64,000 bases of DNA, taken from Clostridia bacterium (GTDB taxonomy: Bacteria; Bacillota; Clostridia; Oscillospirales; CAG-272). A model generated the notes under the pieces. That model saw only the letters and a program-made list of their open reading frames with translations, made no database searches and was not told where the DNA came from. The stretch is taken from the NCBI GenBank assembly GCA_017533565.1, contig JAFXHU010000008.1:5924-69923 (forward strand), given 5' to 3'. Positions 30,665 through 41,314 of the stretch are shown piece after piece (the first letter of the stretch is position 1; each line of letters starts with the position of its first letter). The position numbers and the translations under genes were made by a program.

Positions 30665-32443
30665 ATGGTATTCGGAAAGCATATAAACCGATATTACGTC
30701 AAATATGCGCCGCAGCTTCTCCTTGGCATACTTGCGCTCATAGTTATCGACTACTTTCAGTTAAGGACCCCCGACCTTTATGCCATGCTTCTTGACGGAG
30801 CGAACAACGGCTTCGTTGTTGTCGACGGGGTGGAAAGGGCATTTGATATGACTCTCGTGCTTGACGAGATTCTTTTGCCGATGCTCGTCATAATTCTCGT
30901 TATGCTCGTCGGACGCTTTGTGTGGCGTATTTGCTTTTTCGGCGCTTCGATAAAGGTTTCGACCGACCTTCGCCGCCGTATGTTCGGAAGATGCAAGAAT
31001 CTCTCTCAACAGTATTATCAGGTAAATAAGGTTGGAAACCTTATGTCCTATTTTATCAACGATATCGAAACCATTGACGAATGCTTTGGCGACGGAGTTT
31101 TGATGATGGCTGATGCCATCGCGCTCGGCGGACTTGCCCTTTACAAAATGGCGGTTATGAACATCTGGCTAACCCTTCTCGCCCTCGTTCCCATGGCTCT
31201 TTTGCTGCTTGTCAGCACCGTCGTCGGAAAGTATATGATGAAAAAATGGGACGCAAGACAGGAGGCGTTTTCCGCCCTCTCCGACTTTTCGCAGGAAAGC
31301 TTTTCGGGAATAGCCGTCGTAAAGGCATTCGTAAAGGAGTTCAAGGAGCTTTGGGCGTTCAAGAAGCTGTCGAAAAACAACGAGAACGCAAATATAGAAT
31401 TTACAAGAGCCTCCACTCTTTTACATATTTCGGTAACTCTTTTTGTAGAGTCTGTTGTATGTATTATCTTCGGCTATGGCGGCTACCTCGTTCACGAAGG
31501 AACGTTCACCTCGGGACAGCTCTTTGCCTTTTCGGGCTATTTCACCAGCACCGTTTGGCCTATTATGGCTATATCGCAGCTCATTGATATGAACGCCCGC
31601 GGAAAGGCTTCGCTGAAGCGTATCGGCGACCTGCTCGATGCAAAAATCGACGTGGACGACAGAGCCGACGTCGCCCCGCTTGACAGCCTGCGCGGCGATA
31701 TTGAATTCCGCGGACTTACCTTCCGTTATCCCGACGGCGACTACGACGCTCTCTCGGACGTCTCCTTTAAGATTAATGCGGGCGAAAACGTCGGTATCAT
31801 CGGTAAAACGGGCTCGGGTAAAACCACGCTCGTCGATCTTATACTTCGCATCTACAACGTTCCCGACGGCACGCTCTTTGTCGATGGACACGACGTTAAC
31901 ACGGTTCCGATTGATAATCTTCGCTCCTTCTGTGCCTACGTGCCGCAGGATAACTTCCTTTTCAGCGATACAATTGAAAATAATATTGCCTTTGCAACCG
32001 ACGGCGGTAATATCGACGGCGTTATAAATGCCGCCCGCCTTGCCGACGTTCACGGCAACATCTCGGAGTTCAAGGACGGATACTCCACCGTCCTCGGCGA
32101 GCGCGGAGTCACCGTCTCGGGCGGACAAAAGCAGCGTATATCCATAGCACGCGCGCTGATGAAAAACGCCCCTATACTTATACTTGACGATTCGGTAAGC
32201 GCGGTTGATACCAATACCGAGCGCGTGATTATCGGAAATCTCCGCGAAAGCCGCAGGGGAAAGACCACGATACTTATCGCGCACCGCGTTTCCACTATTG
32301 AAAATATGGACAAAATTATATATCTCGACGACGGCAGGGTTGCCGCAGTTGGCACGCACGAGGAGCTTCTCGCTGCCTCGGAGGACTACCGCAATATGGT
32401 AGAGCTTCAGCGGCTTGAGGATGAGAAGGGAGGTAATTCGTAA
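30665..32443 (+). CDS. ABC exporter, fused permease/ATPase (heterodimer partner 1)
   Basis: Six-TM N-terminal half. Walker A GKTGSGKTT, signature VSGGQKQR, Walker B ILILDD. Confidence 0.85.
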   Translation: MVFGKHINRYYVKYAPQLLLGILALIVIDYFQLRTPDLYAMLLDGANNGFVVVDGVERAFDMTLVLDEILLPMLVIILVMLVGRFVWRICFFGASIKVSTDLRRRMFGRCKNLSQQYYQVNKVGNLMSYFINDIETIDECFGDGVLMMADAIALGGLALYKMAVMNIWLTLLALVPMALLLLVSTVVGKYMMKKWDARQEAFSALSDFSQESFSGIAVVKAFVKEFKELWAFKKLSKNNENANIEFTRASTLLHISVTLFVESVVCIIFGYGGYLVHEGTFTSGQLFAFSGYFTSTVWPIMAISQLIDMNARGKASLKRIGDLLDAKIDVDDRADVAPLDSLRGDIEFRGLTFRYPDGDYDALSDVSFKINAGENVGIIGKTGSGKTTLVDLILRIYNVPDGTLFVDGHDVNTVPIDNLRSFCAYVPQDNFLFSDTIENNIAFATDGGNIDGVINAARLADVHGNISEFKDGYSTVLGERGVTVSGGQKQRISIARALMKNAPILILDDSVSAVDTNTERVIIGNLRESRRGKTTILIAHRVSTIENMDKIIYLDDGRVAAVGTHEELLAASEDYRNMVELQRLEDEKGGNS

Positions 32444-34332
32444 TGCCCGAATACTATCCCCTGTTGATTATGGGTGCCATAATCGGCATCGTTACCACCG
32501 TATTTATCATAGCCTACGCTGCTATGAAGGACAAAAAGACGGCAATCGGCTTTGACAGGAATATGAAGGACGGCGAGATAATTCGCAGAATTCTTAAATA
32601 TGCAAAGCCGTATACCTGGAGCTTTGTTGCTGTTGGATTTCTTATGCTCCTTACGGTTTCCTATGATATTCTCGCGCCCATTCTTGTCGGAGAAATACAG
32701 GGAATTATAAAGGTAGAGGACTTTGACCTTTCGCGGCTATTCTCAATGGTTGCCGTGTACGGCTCGATTTTGGTGATCTCGCTCGTCAGCTCCTATTTTC
32801 AGGCAATGCTCCTTCAGCGCACAGGTCAGAAAATTCTCTCGGGTATTCGCGAAAGCGTTTTCACCCATATCGAAAGCCTGTCGCATGCACAGCTTAACCA
32901 CATTCCCACGGGAAAGCTTGTTACCAGAGTATGCAACGATACCAACGCGATATCGATGATGTTTACCCACCTGCTTGTCTACCTCGTGAAAAACTGCTTT
33001 GTCATTGTCGGAGTTCTCGCCGCAATGCTTATGCTTAACTACGGGCTGACCCTAATGATACTCTGCTTTACGCCGTTTATCGTTATATTCACTCTCATCT
33101 TCCGCAAATTCTCAAGAAGAGCATACCGCCGTGTAAAGGATGCCAATACCGACATTAACACCTACCTTTCCGAAAATCTTTCGGGAATGAAGATTACGCA
33201 GATTTTCAATCGCCAGGAAAGAAAGGCGGCTGAATTCGAGGCACGTAATACGGCACTCGGCAAGGCAAGACACAGGGAAATCCTTGTATTCAGCGTATTC
33301 CGCCCCATGGTGTACACGCTCTATATGACCTCCATTCTTTGCCTGTTCTATTTCGGAGCAAGCGGAGTTATAAACGACACCGTTTTTCTCGGACAAACAA
33401 TCGGAAGCGAAACGATAGTTTCCTTCTATATGTTCATCAACAAATTCTTCAACCCGATACAGTCGCTTGCCGAGCAGTTTAACAGGCTGCAGGGAGCGTT
33501 TGCCTCCGCTGAAAAGATATTCTCCATAATGGATATGAAGCCCCAGGTTGTTGACAGCGAGGACGCCGTAGAGCTTGATACGGTGAGGGGGGATATAGAG
33601 TTCAAAAACGTATGGTTTGCCTACGAGGGGGAGGACTGGGTTTTGCGCGACGTATCCTTTAAGATAAGCGCAAATCAAACGGTTGCCTTCGTCGGCTCGA
33701 CAGGCTCGGGAAAAACGACTATTCTCTCGCTTATCGTCCGCAACTACGATATTCAAAGGGGACAAATCCTTATCGACGGGATAGATATAAAGAAAATCAA
33801 GATTTCCTCCCTGCGCCGTCACTTCGGTCAAATGCTGCAGGACGTGTTCCTTTTCTCGGGCACGATCCGCTCGAATATCGTCCTTCGCGAGGACTCTTAT
33901 ACCGACGAGGAAATACGCGAGGTCTGCGACTACGTCAACGCCACCCACTTTATCTCGAAGCAAAAGGACGGACTTGACGAGGAGGTAAGGGAGCGCGGAA
34001 ATAACTTCTCCGCCGGGCAAAGACAGCTACTTTCCTTCGCCCGCACGATTATCCACCGCCCGAGCGTTATAATTCTCGACGAGGCTACCGCGAATATCGA
34101 TACCGAAACCGAGGTGCTTATCCAGGATTCGCTTGAAAAAATGATGAATATCGGTACTATGCTTATCGTAGCGCACAGGCTCTCGACCATACAGCACGCC
34201 GATAATATTATCGTACTCTCTCACGGCGAAATCGTGGAGCAGGGCAATCACTTCGAGCTTCTTGAAAAGCGCGGAGCATACTATTCGCTCTATATGCTGC
34301 AGTTTGAAAAGGACCGCCTTTCGAAAAAATGA
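32443..34332 (+). CDS. ABC exporter, fused permease/ATPase (heterodimer partner 2)
   Basis: Start overlaps the upstream stop (TAATG). Walker A GSTGSGKTT, signature FSAGQRQL, Walker B VIILDE. Confidence 0.85.
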   Translation: MPEYYPLLIMGAIIGIVTTVFIIAYAAMKDKKTAIGFDRNMKDGEIIRRILKYAKPYTWSFVAVGFLMLLTVSYDILAPILVGEIQGIIKVEDFDLSRLFSMVAVYGSILVISLVSSYFQAMLLQRTGQKILSGIRESVFTHIESLSHAQLNHIPTGKLVTRVCNDTNAISMMFTHLLVYLVKNCFVIVGVLAAMLMLNYGLTLMILCFTPFIVIFTLIFRKFSRRAYRRVKDANTDINTYLSENLSGMKITQIFNRQERKAAEFEARNTALGKARHREILVFSVFRPMVYTLYMTSILCLFYFGASGVINDTVFLGQTIGSETIVSFYMFINKFFNPIQSLAEQFNRLQGAFASAEKIFSIMDMKPQVVDSEDAVELDTVRGDIEFKNVWFAYEGEDWVLRDVSFKISANQTVAFVGSTGSGKTTILSLIVRNYDIQRGQILIDGIDIKKIKISSLRRHFGQMLQDVFLFSGTIRSNIVLREDSYTDEEIREVCDYVNATHFISKQKDGLDEEVRERGNNFSAGQRQLLSFARTIIHRPSVIILDEATANIDTETEVLIQDSLEKMMNIGTMLIVAHRLSTIQHADNIIVLSHGEIVEQGNHFELLEKRGAYYSLYMLQFEKDRLSKK

Positions 34333-34538
34333 TTTTTTTGGGCGCACCCCCTTGCAAAGTCCTATGACTTACCCATAATGATTCTTACCGACGCCCGCGG
34401 CACGCCGCGGGCGTTACGCTTTTTGCCGTCCCGAAACCGTCATATATATAAAATATTTAATAAACTCGCAAAAAGCTCTTTACAAATTTGAAAGCCCGTG
34501 GTATAATTACAATGGCAAAAAACGGGCAAGGAGGCATT

Positions 34539-35249
34539 ATGCGTATTGATAAACTGATAAGCGAAATGGGCATTGCCTCGCGAAAGGAGTCAAGCCTCGC
34601 CGCAAAGCGCGGAATGATTCTCGTCAACGGCACACCCGTAAGAGATGCCTCGACGCACGTTGACCCCGAGAGGGATACGGTTGAATACGCGGGACGGAAA
34701 ATCAATTACGGAAAATTCGTTTACGTTATGCTTAACAAGCCCGCGGGCTACGTTTCCGCCACGGAGGACAGCCGCTTGCCCGTCGTCACCTCGCTTCTAC
34801 CCGAGGAGCTTCAAAAAAGGGAGCTTTTTCCCGTCGGACGGCTTGACAGAGATACCGTCGGACTTATGATTTTAACCAATGACGGCGCACTCGCGCACAC
34901 CCTTCTTTCGCCAAAGCACCACGTTGAAAAGGAATATTATTTCACCGCGGACGAGCCTATGAGGGAGGGCGTGGAGAGCGAATTTTCGGACGGCGTAACG
35001 CTTGCCGACGGATACGAGTGTAAAAGCGCGGTGATAGTCCTTGACCCCGACCGCCGCGGCGGAAAAATCACGCTTACCGAGGGGAAATATCACCAAATAA
35101 AGCGAATGGTTGCCGCCTGCGATAACCGCGTCACCTATCTTGAGCGTATTTCCTTTGCGGGAATACCGCTTGACCCGACTCTAAAGCGGGGGACGTGGCG
35201 CTATCTTACCGACGGGGAAATTTCGCTTCTTCGCGAAAGGGCAAGGTAG
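34539..35249 (+). CDS. Pseudouridine synthase, RsuA/RluB family (S4 domain + catalytic domain)
   Basis: ATG 34539 after AAGGAGG. S4-like MRIDKLISEMGIASRKES. Catalytic PVGRLDRDTVGLMILTNDG. Confidence 0.8.
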   Translation: MRIDKLISEMGIASRKESSLAAKRGMILVNGTPVRDASTHVDPERDTVEYAGRKINYGKFVYVMLNKPAGYVSATEDSRLPVVTSLLPEELQKRELFPVGRLDRDTVGLMILTNDGALAHTLLSPKHHVEKEYYFTADEPMREGVESEFSDGVTLADGYECKSAVIVLDPDRRGGKITLTEGKYHQIKRMVAACDNRVTYLERISFAGIPLDPTLKRGTWRYLTDGEISLLRERAR

Positions 35250-35372
35250 CCGACCAAACCTCGCACGCCCGCCGATTTGGCGCGTGATTGCTGCCGAAAA
35301 TTTAACACGCCCCCGCCGAAACGGGCAAAAAACCGTTATTAAACCTTGTAATTTATTTATAGGAGAGCATAG

Positions 35373-37571
35373 ATGAACATTTTCGAAACCCTGGCAAAGG
35401 AATTTAACATCACCGAGGAGCAGGTTGAAAAAACCGTAGCCCTCATTGACGAGGGTAACACAATCCCCTTCATTTCCCGTTACCGCAAGGAGGTTACGGG
35501 CTCGCTTGACGATACCACCCTCCGCGACCTTAACGACAGGCTTAATTACCTGCGTAATCTCGAGGAGCGCAGAGCGCAAATCTCGGGTATCATAGAGGAG
35601 CAGGGAAAGCTTACCCCCGAAATCACCTTTGCGCTTAACAATGCAAAGACCCTCGTGGAGCTGGAGGATATTTACAGACCCTATAAGCCGAAGAGAACGA
35701 CCCGCGCCTCCATCGCCCGTGCGAAGGGGCTGGAGCCTCTTGCACAGTATATTATGGAGCAGCGCGACTCCTACGACCCCTCAATCGAGGATTACGCGGT
35801 TGAGTTAATCTCCGAGGAGGAGGGCAAGGAGGTGCCCGATGCCGCCGCCGCGCTTCAGGGTGCGTCCGACATTATCGCGGAGGATATCTCCAACGATGCC
35901 GAGCTTCGTAAGCTTCTTCGTGAGTTTACCGTAAATTACGGTGCGCTTACCACGAAGGGTACTACCGACGAGCCTTCGGTTTACGATAATTACTACGATT
36001 TTTCCGAGCCTATCAAAAGGCTTAAGGGACATAGAGTTCTTGCAATCAACCGCGGAGAGAAGGAGGACTTCCTCAAGGTTAGCGTCACCCTTCCCGAGGA
36101 GGACGGAATTGCACAGATTGTTTCCCGCGTTATTACCAGCAAAAAATCTCCCGCACTCCCTCGCCTTATGGAAACCATAAAGGACGCCTATGACCGCCTT
36201 CTTTTCCCCGCGATAGAGCGCGAGGTTCGTACCGCACTCTTTGACGATGCCTGCGAGGGCGCGCTCAAGGTGTTTGCCGAAAACCTTCGTAATCTCCTTC
36301 TCGTATCTCCCTTGAAGGGAAAGACCGTCCTCGGCTACGACCCCGGCTACGGCCACGGCTGTAAGCTTGCGGTTGTTGACAAGACGGGAAAGGTGCTTGA
36401 TACCGCGGTAATATATCCCTTCCGTTCAAAGGGAAAGGATAACGAGGACGACCTCAACCGTTCAAAGACCGTCGTTCTCCGCCTTATCGTAAGGCATAAC
36501 GTTGACGTTGTATCCATCGGTAACGGTACCGCCTCCCGCGAATCCGAAAGATTTATTGCGGAGCGCGTGCTTCGTGACCCCGCCTGCCCCCGCACCGTAA
36601 AATACACCATCGTTTCCGAGGCGGGCGCCTCCGTATATTCCGCGTCGAAGCTTGCCGCGGAGGAATTTCCCGAATTTGACGTAATGCAGCGCAGTGCCGT
36701 TTCCATCGCGCGCAGACTCCAGGACCCCCTTGCCGAGCTTGTTAAAATCGAGCCGAAGGCTATCGGTGTCGGACAGTATCAGCACGATATGAAGCAGAAC
36801 AGGCTTACCGAGGCGCTCGGCGGCGTTGTGGAGGACTGCGTTAACGCGGTCGGCGTTGACCTTAACACCGCGTCCTATTCGCTTCTTTCCTACGTTTCGG
36901 GTATCAACTCCACCGTTGCAAAGAATATCGTAAAGTACAGAGAGGAAAACGGCGAATTTAAAACCCGCCGCGGTATTCTCAAGGTGCCGAAGCTTGGCGA
37001 AAAGGCGTTTACGCAGTGCGCGGGCCTCCTCCGTATTCCCGAGGGAAAGGAAATACTTGACAATACGGGAGTTCACCCCGAATCCTACGCCGTGGCGGAG
37101 GACCTTCTCAAGCGCTTTGGCTTTACTCTCGAGGACGTAAGAGGCGGAAATCTTCCCCTCCTTCGCTTCAAGGCGGAGCAGTACGGCACCGCAAAGCTTG
37201 CAAAGGAGCTTGGCTGCGGTGAGCCTACGCTTCTCGATATAATCGGCGAGCTTGAAAAGCCGGGAAGAGATATCCGTGACGACGCACCCGCGCCCGTCCT
37301 CTCCACCGACGTCCTTGAAATCGAGGACCTTAAGGAGGGTATGCAGCTTAAGGGCACCGTCCGTAACGTAACCGACTTCGGCTGCTTCGTCGATATCGGC
37401 GTGCATCACGACGGACTCCTTCACATCTCCGAAATGTCCGACAGATTTATAAAGCACCCCTCGGAGCTTTTCAAAACGGGCGACGTTATCGAGGTTGTGA
37501 TAAAGGGCGTTGACCTCAATAAGCACCGTATATCGCTTACCAGAAAGGGACTTAACAGCGGTAAAAAGTAA
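35373..37571 (+). CDS. tex: Tex-family transcription accessory protein (S1 RNA-binding domain)
   Basis: N-terminal ...TVALIDEGNTIPFISRYRKEVTG... is a Tex hallmark. C-terminal S1 domain (GTVRNVTDFGCFVDIG...GLLHISEM). 732 aa. Confidence 0.85.
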   Translation: MNIFETLAKEFNITEEQVEKTVALIDEGNTIPFISRYRKEVTGSLDDTTLRDLNDRLNYLRNLEERRAQISGIIEEQGKLTPEITFALNNAKTLVELEDIYRPYKPKRTTRASIARAKGLEPLAQYIMEQRDSYDPSIEDYAVELISEEEGKEVPDAAAALQGASDIIAEDISNDAELRKLLREFTVNYGALTTKGTTDEPSVYDNYYDFSEPIKRLKGHRVLAINRGEKEDFLKVSVTLPEEDGIAQIVSRVITSKKSPALPRLMETIKDAYDRLLFPAIEREVRTALFDDACEGALKVFAENLRNLLLVSPLKGKTVLGYDPGYGHGCKLAVVDKTGKVLDTAVIYPFRSKGKDNEDDLNRSKTVVLRLIVRHNVDVVSIGNGTASRESERFIAERVLRDPACPRTVKYTIVSEAGASVYSASKLAAEEFPEFDVMQRSAVSIARRLQDPLAELVKIEPKAIGVGQYQHDMKQNRLTEALGGVVEDCVNAVGVDLNTASYSLLSYVSGINSTVAKNIVKYREENGEFKTRRGILKVPKLGEKAFTQCAGLLRIPEGKEILDNTGVHPESYAVAEDLLKRFGFTLEDVRGGNLPLLRFKAEQYGTAKLAKELGCGEPTLLDIIGELEKPGRDIRDDAPAPVLSTDVLEIEDLKEGMQLKGTVRNVTDFGCFVDIGVHHDGLLHISEMSDRFIKHPSELFKTGDVIEVVIKGVDLNKHRISLTRKGLNSGKK

Positions 37572-37611
37572 TCCGCAACGGCATTACGAATGCTTCGAAT
37601 TAAATAAACCG

Positions 37612-37640
37612 AAAATCTCCCCGATTTGGGGAGATTTTTC
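37612..37640 (+). terminator. Intrinsic terminator after tex
   Basis: AAAATCTCCCC-GATTT-GGGGAGATTTT. Confidence 0.75.
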
Positions 37641-37785
37641 ATTGATAAAGGCAACCTTTTCTACCGTCCTCCACCCGTATATACACATATTTATTAAATT
37701 TTTAAAAAGTTTTATAAAAGTTAACACAAACGCGAAAAAATATGCTACAATATAGTTTAGCAAAGAAAAAGGGAGGGGGAAGCGT

Positions 37786-38649
37786 ATGTTTGGATACGTA
37801 AAGCCGGTGGTTGCGGAGCTTCTCGTAAAGGAAAACGAGTTTTACCGCGCGACCTATTGCGGTATTTGCCGTGCTATGAAAAAATACACGGGAAATCTTT
37901 CGCGTATGACCCTCACCTACGACAGCGTGTTTCTCGCCCTCGTGCGAATGGCGTACATTCCCGACTCGGAGCTTGGCTCGTCGCTTCGCCGCTGTGTCGC
38001 CCACCCGATGAAAAAGCGCAATATGCTGAACGACAATTCCGCGCTTGAATATACCGCGCGTGCCTTTGGAATACTTACCTATTATAAAACACGCGACGAT
38101 TTATCTGACGAGGCACTCGGCAAACGGTTTCTCGTTTCGTTTGTCCGTCCGACCGCCGCCCGTGCAAAAAGGCTTGCCGACCTTACCCCGCTTGCCGATT
38201 ATATAGAAAATAGATTGGATAAAATAACCGCCCTTGAAAGGGCAAATACCGCAAGCGTCGATGCCCCCGCCGAAATCTTCGGCGACCTGCTCGGCGAGGT
38301 GTTTTCCTACGGTCTTTCGGGAGCCGATGCCCTCGTTACCCGAGAGGTAGGTGTGCATCTCGGCAAATTTATATACGCAGCCGACGCGGCAGAGGACTAT
38401 GCGGAGGATATAAAAAAGGGAAGATATAACCCCTACGCCGAAATGTACGGCAAAGAGGGGCTTTCCGTGGAAAACCGCGCCTCAATCAAGGCAGCATTGC
38501 TTATGGAATGTCGCGATATGGAGGCGGCTATAAACCTTATTCCGTTTGAAAACAAAATCACGGTGGAAAACATCGTGCGAAATATAATCTATCTCGGGCT
38601 TGTAAAAAGGATTGAATTTCTTGATAAAGAAGAAAGGGAGGAAAAATGA
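37786..38649 (+). CDS. DUF5685-family protein
   Basis: N-terminus [33 protein letters not shown] matches the DUF5685 N-terminal signature as I recall it. Confidence 0.6.
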   Translation: MFGYVKPVVAELLVKENEFYRATYCGICRAMKKYTGNLSRMTLTYDSVFLALVRMAYIPDSELGSSLRRCVAHPMKKRNMLNDNSALEYTARAFGILTYYKTRDDLSDEALGKRFLVSFVRPTAARAKRLADLTPLADYIENRLDKITALERANTASVDAPAEIFGDLLGEVFSYGLSGADALVTREVGVHLGKFIYAADAAEDYAEDIKKGRYNPYAEMYGKEGLSVENRASIKAALLMECRDMEAAINLIPFENKITVENIVRNIIYLGLVKRIEFLDKEEREEK

Positions 38650-39284
38650 AGGACCCCTATACCATACTCGGCGTGTCACGAAGCGCCACCGACGACGAAA
38701 TTAAAAATGCATACCGCAATCTCGCGCGCAAATATCACCCGGATAACTATGCCGACGATAATCCGCTAAAGGAGCTTGCAAAGGAGAAAATGCAGGAAAT
38801 CAATGCCGCCTACGACGAAATTCAAAGCGAAAGGCGAAGCGGCTCGTCCTCCTATTCGGGCGGCTCGTCCCATTCACATTCGGGCGAAGGCTCTGCGACC
38901 AATATTTACATCACGGTAAGACAGAAAATTAACGCCCGTCGCTTTGGCGAAGCCGAAAGCCTGCTTGCCTCGGTAAACGAGTTTGACCGCACCGCCGAAT
39001 GGCATTACCTGACCTCCGCCTGCCTTATGCAGAGAAGAAGGTATCAGGAGGCTATGCGAGAGCTTGAAATTGCCTGCGAAATGGACCCGTCCAATATGGA
39101 ATACCAAAGGGCGAAGGAGGCAATAAACTCCCGCACCAACGCCTACGGAAGCACCTATTACGGCGACGGCGGAAGGCGCAGAAGCACGACCTCCTCCGAC
39201 GACGCTTGCAACTGCTGTGCCAATCTTTTGATACTCGATTGCTGCTGTGAATGTATGGGCGGCGACCTTATCCCCTGCTGTTAA
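38646..39284 (+). CDS. J-domain protein with C-terminal Cys-rich tail
   Basis: [31 protein letters not shown] is a J domain including the HPD motif. C-terminus [25 protein letters not shown]. Start overlaps the upstream stop (ATGA). Confidence 0.8.
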   Translation: MKDPYTILGVSRSATDDEIKNAYRNLARKYHPDNYADDNPLKELAKEKMQEINAAYDEIQSERRSGSSSYSGGSSHSHSGEGSATNIYITVRQKINARRFGEAESLLASVNEFDRTAEWHYLTSACLMQRRRYQEAMRELEIACEMDPSNMEYQRAKEAINSRTNAYGSTYYGDGGRRRSTTSSDDACNCCANLLILDCCCECMGGDLIPCC

Positions 39285-39285
39285 A

Positions 39286-39828
39286 ATGAAGACTACAAAG
39301 AAATTGACGTTCAGCGCAATGACCGTCGCGCTCGGCACGCTTTTTATGCTGCTCGGCTCGGTGGTGGAGGCGCTTGATATGACCGCCTCGGCGCTTTCCT
39401 CGCTTCTCGTTGCTATCGTTTACGTGGAGGTCGGCTCACCCTATACCTTCCTCGTTTGGATTTGCACGTCGATTCTTACCGCGGTTTTATACCCCAACAG
39501 CGCAATGTGGCTTATGTACCTTTTGCTTTTCGGCATTTTTCCGATTTTAAAGGGGTATATCGAAAGACTGCCGCACGCGCTTTGGCTTCCGATAAAGCTT
39601 GCCTTTGGCAATCTAATGATGGCTTTGATTTTCCTTGGCACAACCTTCCTTCTCGGGCTTCCGATGGATACCGAGCTTTTCGGTTTGCCAGAGGAGGCGG
39701 TATATGTAATTCTTATAATACTCGCCAACGTCGCGCTTATACTTTACGACCGATTTTTAACCGTCCTCGTGCGCTTTTATATGATAAAGCTGCACCCCGT
39801 GTTAAATAAAGTCTTTAAATTTCGGTAA
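39286..39828 (+). CDS. Polytopic membrane protein (ECF S-component-like N-terminus)
   Basis: ATG 39286 lies immediately after the J-protein stop. MKTTKKLTFSAMTVALGTLF resembles S-component N-termini. About 5-6 TM segments. Confidence 0.5.
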   Translation: MKTTKKLTFSAMTVALGTLFMLLGSVVEALDMTASALSSLLVAIVYVEVGSPYTFLVWICTSILTAVLYPNSAMWLMYLLLFGIFPILKGYIERLPHALWLPIKLAFGNLMMALIFLGTTFLLGLPMDTELFGLPEEAVYVILIILANVALILYDRFLTVLVRFYMIKLHPVLNKVFKFR

Positions 39829-39888
39829 TCCGAGGAAATTCGTTTAATACAAAAAAGCAAATAATTATTTACATTTTATGAGGTTCAA

Positions 39889-41229
39889 ATGACAAAGGTT
39901 GCATTTATATCCCTCGGCTGCTCAAAGAATTTGGTGGATACCGAGGTAATGCTTGGCGTCCTTTACAAAAGGGGTTACGAAATCACTTTTGAGGTAGAGG
40001 AGGCGGAAATCGTAATAATAAACACCTGCGGCTTTATCGAGGGCGCAAAGCAGGAGTCCATCGACAATATTATCGATGCCGCCGAGCTTAAGAAATACGG
40101 AAGGTGCAAGCATATTATCGCAACGGGCTGTCTTGTCGAGCGCTACCGCGAGGAGGTAATGAAAGAGCTTCCCGAGGTGGAGGCTATGGTCGGAGTTGGA
40201 AGCCTTCGCGATATTGCCGACGCCTGCGACGCAGTTATGCGGGGGGAGAGCTACACCTCCTTCGCCGACAAAAACACCTCGCCGCTTGGCGGAATGCGAA
40301 TACTTACCACCGCACCGCATACCGCGTATCTTAAAATTGCGGAGGGCTGCGACAATCTTTGCACCTACTGTGCAATTCCGCTTATCCGCGGCAAATTCCG
40401 TTCCCGCACAATCGAGGATATCGTCCACGAGGCAAGGGAGCTTGAGCGCGCGGGTGTTATGGAGCTTAATCTCATAGCACAGGATACGAGCCGCTACGGG
40501 CTTGACCTCTACGGCGAATACTCTCTTGCAAGGCTCGTGCGCGAAATCTGCGCGGCAACCTCGATTCCGTGGATTCGCTTGCTCTATTGCTATCCCGACA
40601 AGATAACCGACGAGCTTATCGGCGAGCTTCGCGACAACCCCCGACTCGTAAAATATATGGACATTCCAACCCAGCATATAAGCAATTCCGTCCTAAAGCG
40701 TATGAACCGCCACGGAGGAAGGGAGCTTATTCTCGATACGGTTAAAAGGCTTCGCGAGGGGGTGGAGGGAATTACCCTCCGCACAACCGCAATGGTTGGC
40801 TTTCCCGGCGAAACCGAGGCTGACTTCGAGGAGCTTTGCCAATTTATAAAGGATACCCGCTTCGAGCGCTTCGGTGCGTTTACCTTCTCGCCCGAGGAGG
40901 ACACCCCCGCCGCGCTTATGCCCGACCAAATCGACGAGCAGGTAAAGCAGGACAGATACGATATCCTTATGCAAACGCAGCTCACCGTGGCGGAGGATAT
41001 TGCCGCATCTCGCGTCGGAAGGACGCTTACCGTGCTTATCGACGGCTACGATGACGTTGCGGAGGTCTATTACGGAAGAAGCGAGGCGGACGCCCCCGAC
41101 GTTGACGGAAGGATTTATTTCCGAGCGAAAAAGGGCAATTACTTCGCGGGAGATTTTATTGAGGTTAAAATTACCGAGGCGCTTGACTACGACCTCGTCG
41201 GAGAGCCGCTTCGCAGGATAAAGCTTTGA
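39889..41229 (+). CDS. rimO: Ribosomal protein S12 methylthiotransferase
   Basis: N-terminal MTTase domain (ISLGCSKNLVDTE), radical-SAM CDNLCTYCAIP, C-terminal TRAM. 446 aa. Confidence 0.8.
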   Translation: MTKVAFISLGCSKNLVDTEVMLGVLYKRGYEITFEVEEAEIVIINTCGFIEGAKQESIDNIIDAAELKKYGRCKHIIATGCLVERYREEVMKELPEVEAMVGVGSLRDIADACDAVMRGESYTSFADKNTSPLGGMRILTTAPHTAYLKIAEGCDNLCTYCAIPLIRGKFRSRTIEDIVHEARELERAGVMELNLIAQDTSRYGLDLYGEYSLARLVREICAATSIPWIRLLYCYPDKITDELIGELRDNPRLVKYMDIPTQHISNSVLKRMNRHGGRELILDTVKRLREGVEGITLRTTAMVGFPGETEADFEELCQFIKDTRFERFGAFTFSPEEDTPAALMPDQIDEQVKQDRYDILMQTQLTVAEDIAASRVGRTLTVLIDGYDDVAEVYYGRSEADAPDVDGRIYFRAKKGNYFAGDFIEVKITEALDYDLVGEPLRRIKL

Positions 41230-41314
41230 TTTCAAAGAACCGAAAACGAAAGGCTGAAAATAAATAAAACACGGATACCCCGTACCCGTGTCAACTTTTA
41301 GGAAAGGATTCGTT

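Noticed and set aside
36462-37526. Long minus-strand ORF (354 aa) antisense to tex. Similar long antisense ORFs occur at 31421-32359, 33112-34020, 40693-41346, 41291-41962, 48275-48976, 49712-50302, 54079-55185, 55643-56713, 58317-59156 and 59160-60110.
   Set aside because: Each lies entirely inside a gene with clear family motifs on the opposite strand. They lack RBSs and have Arg/Gly/Ala-rich, low-information translations typical of shadow ORFs in GC-rich coding DNA.
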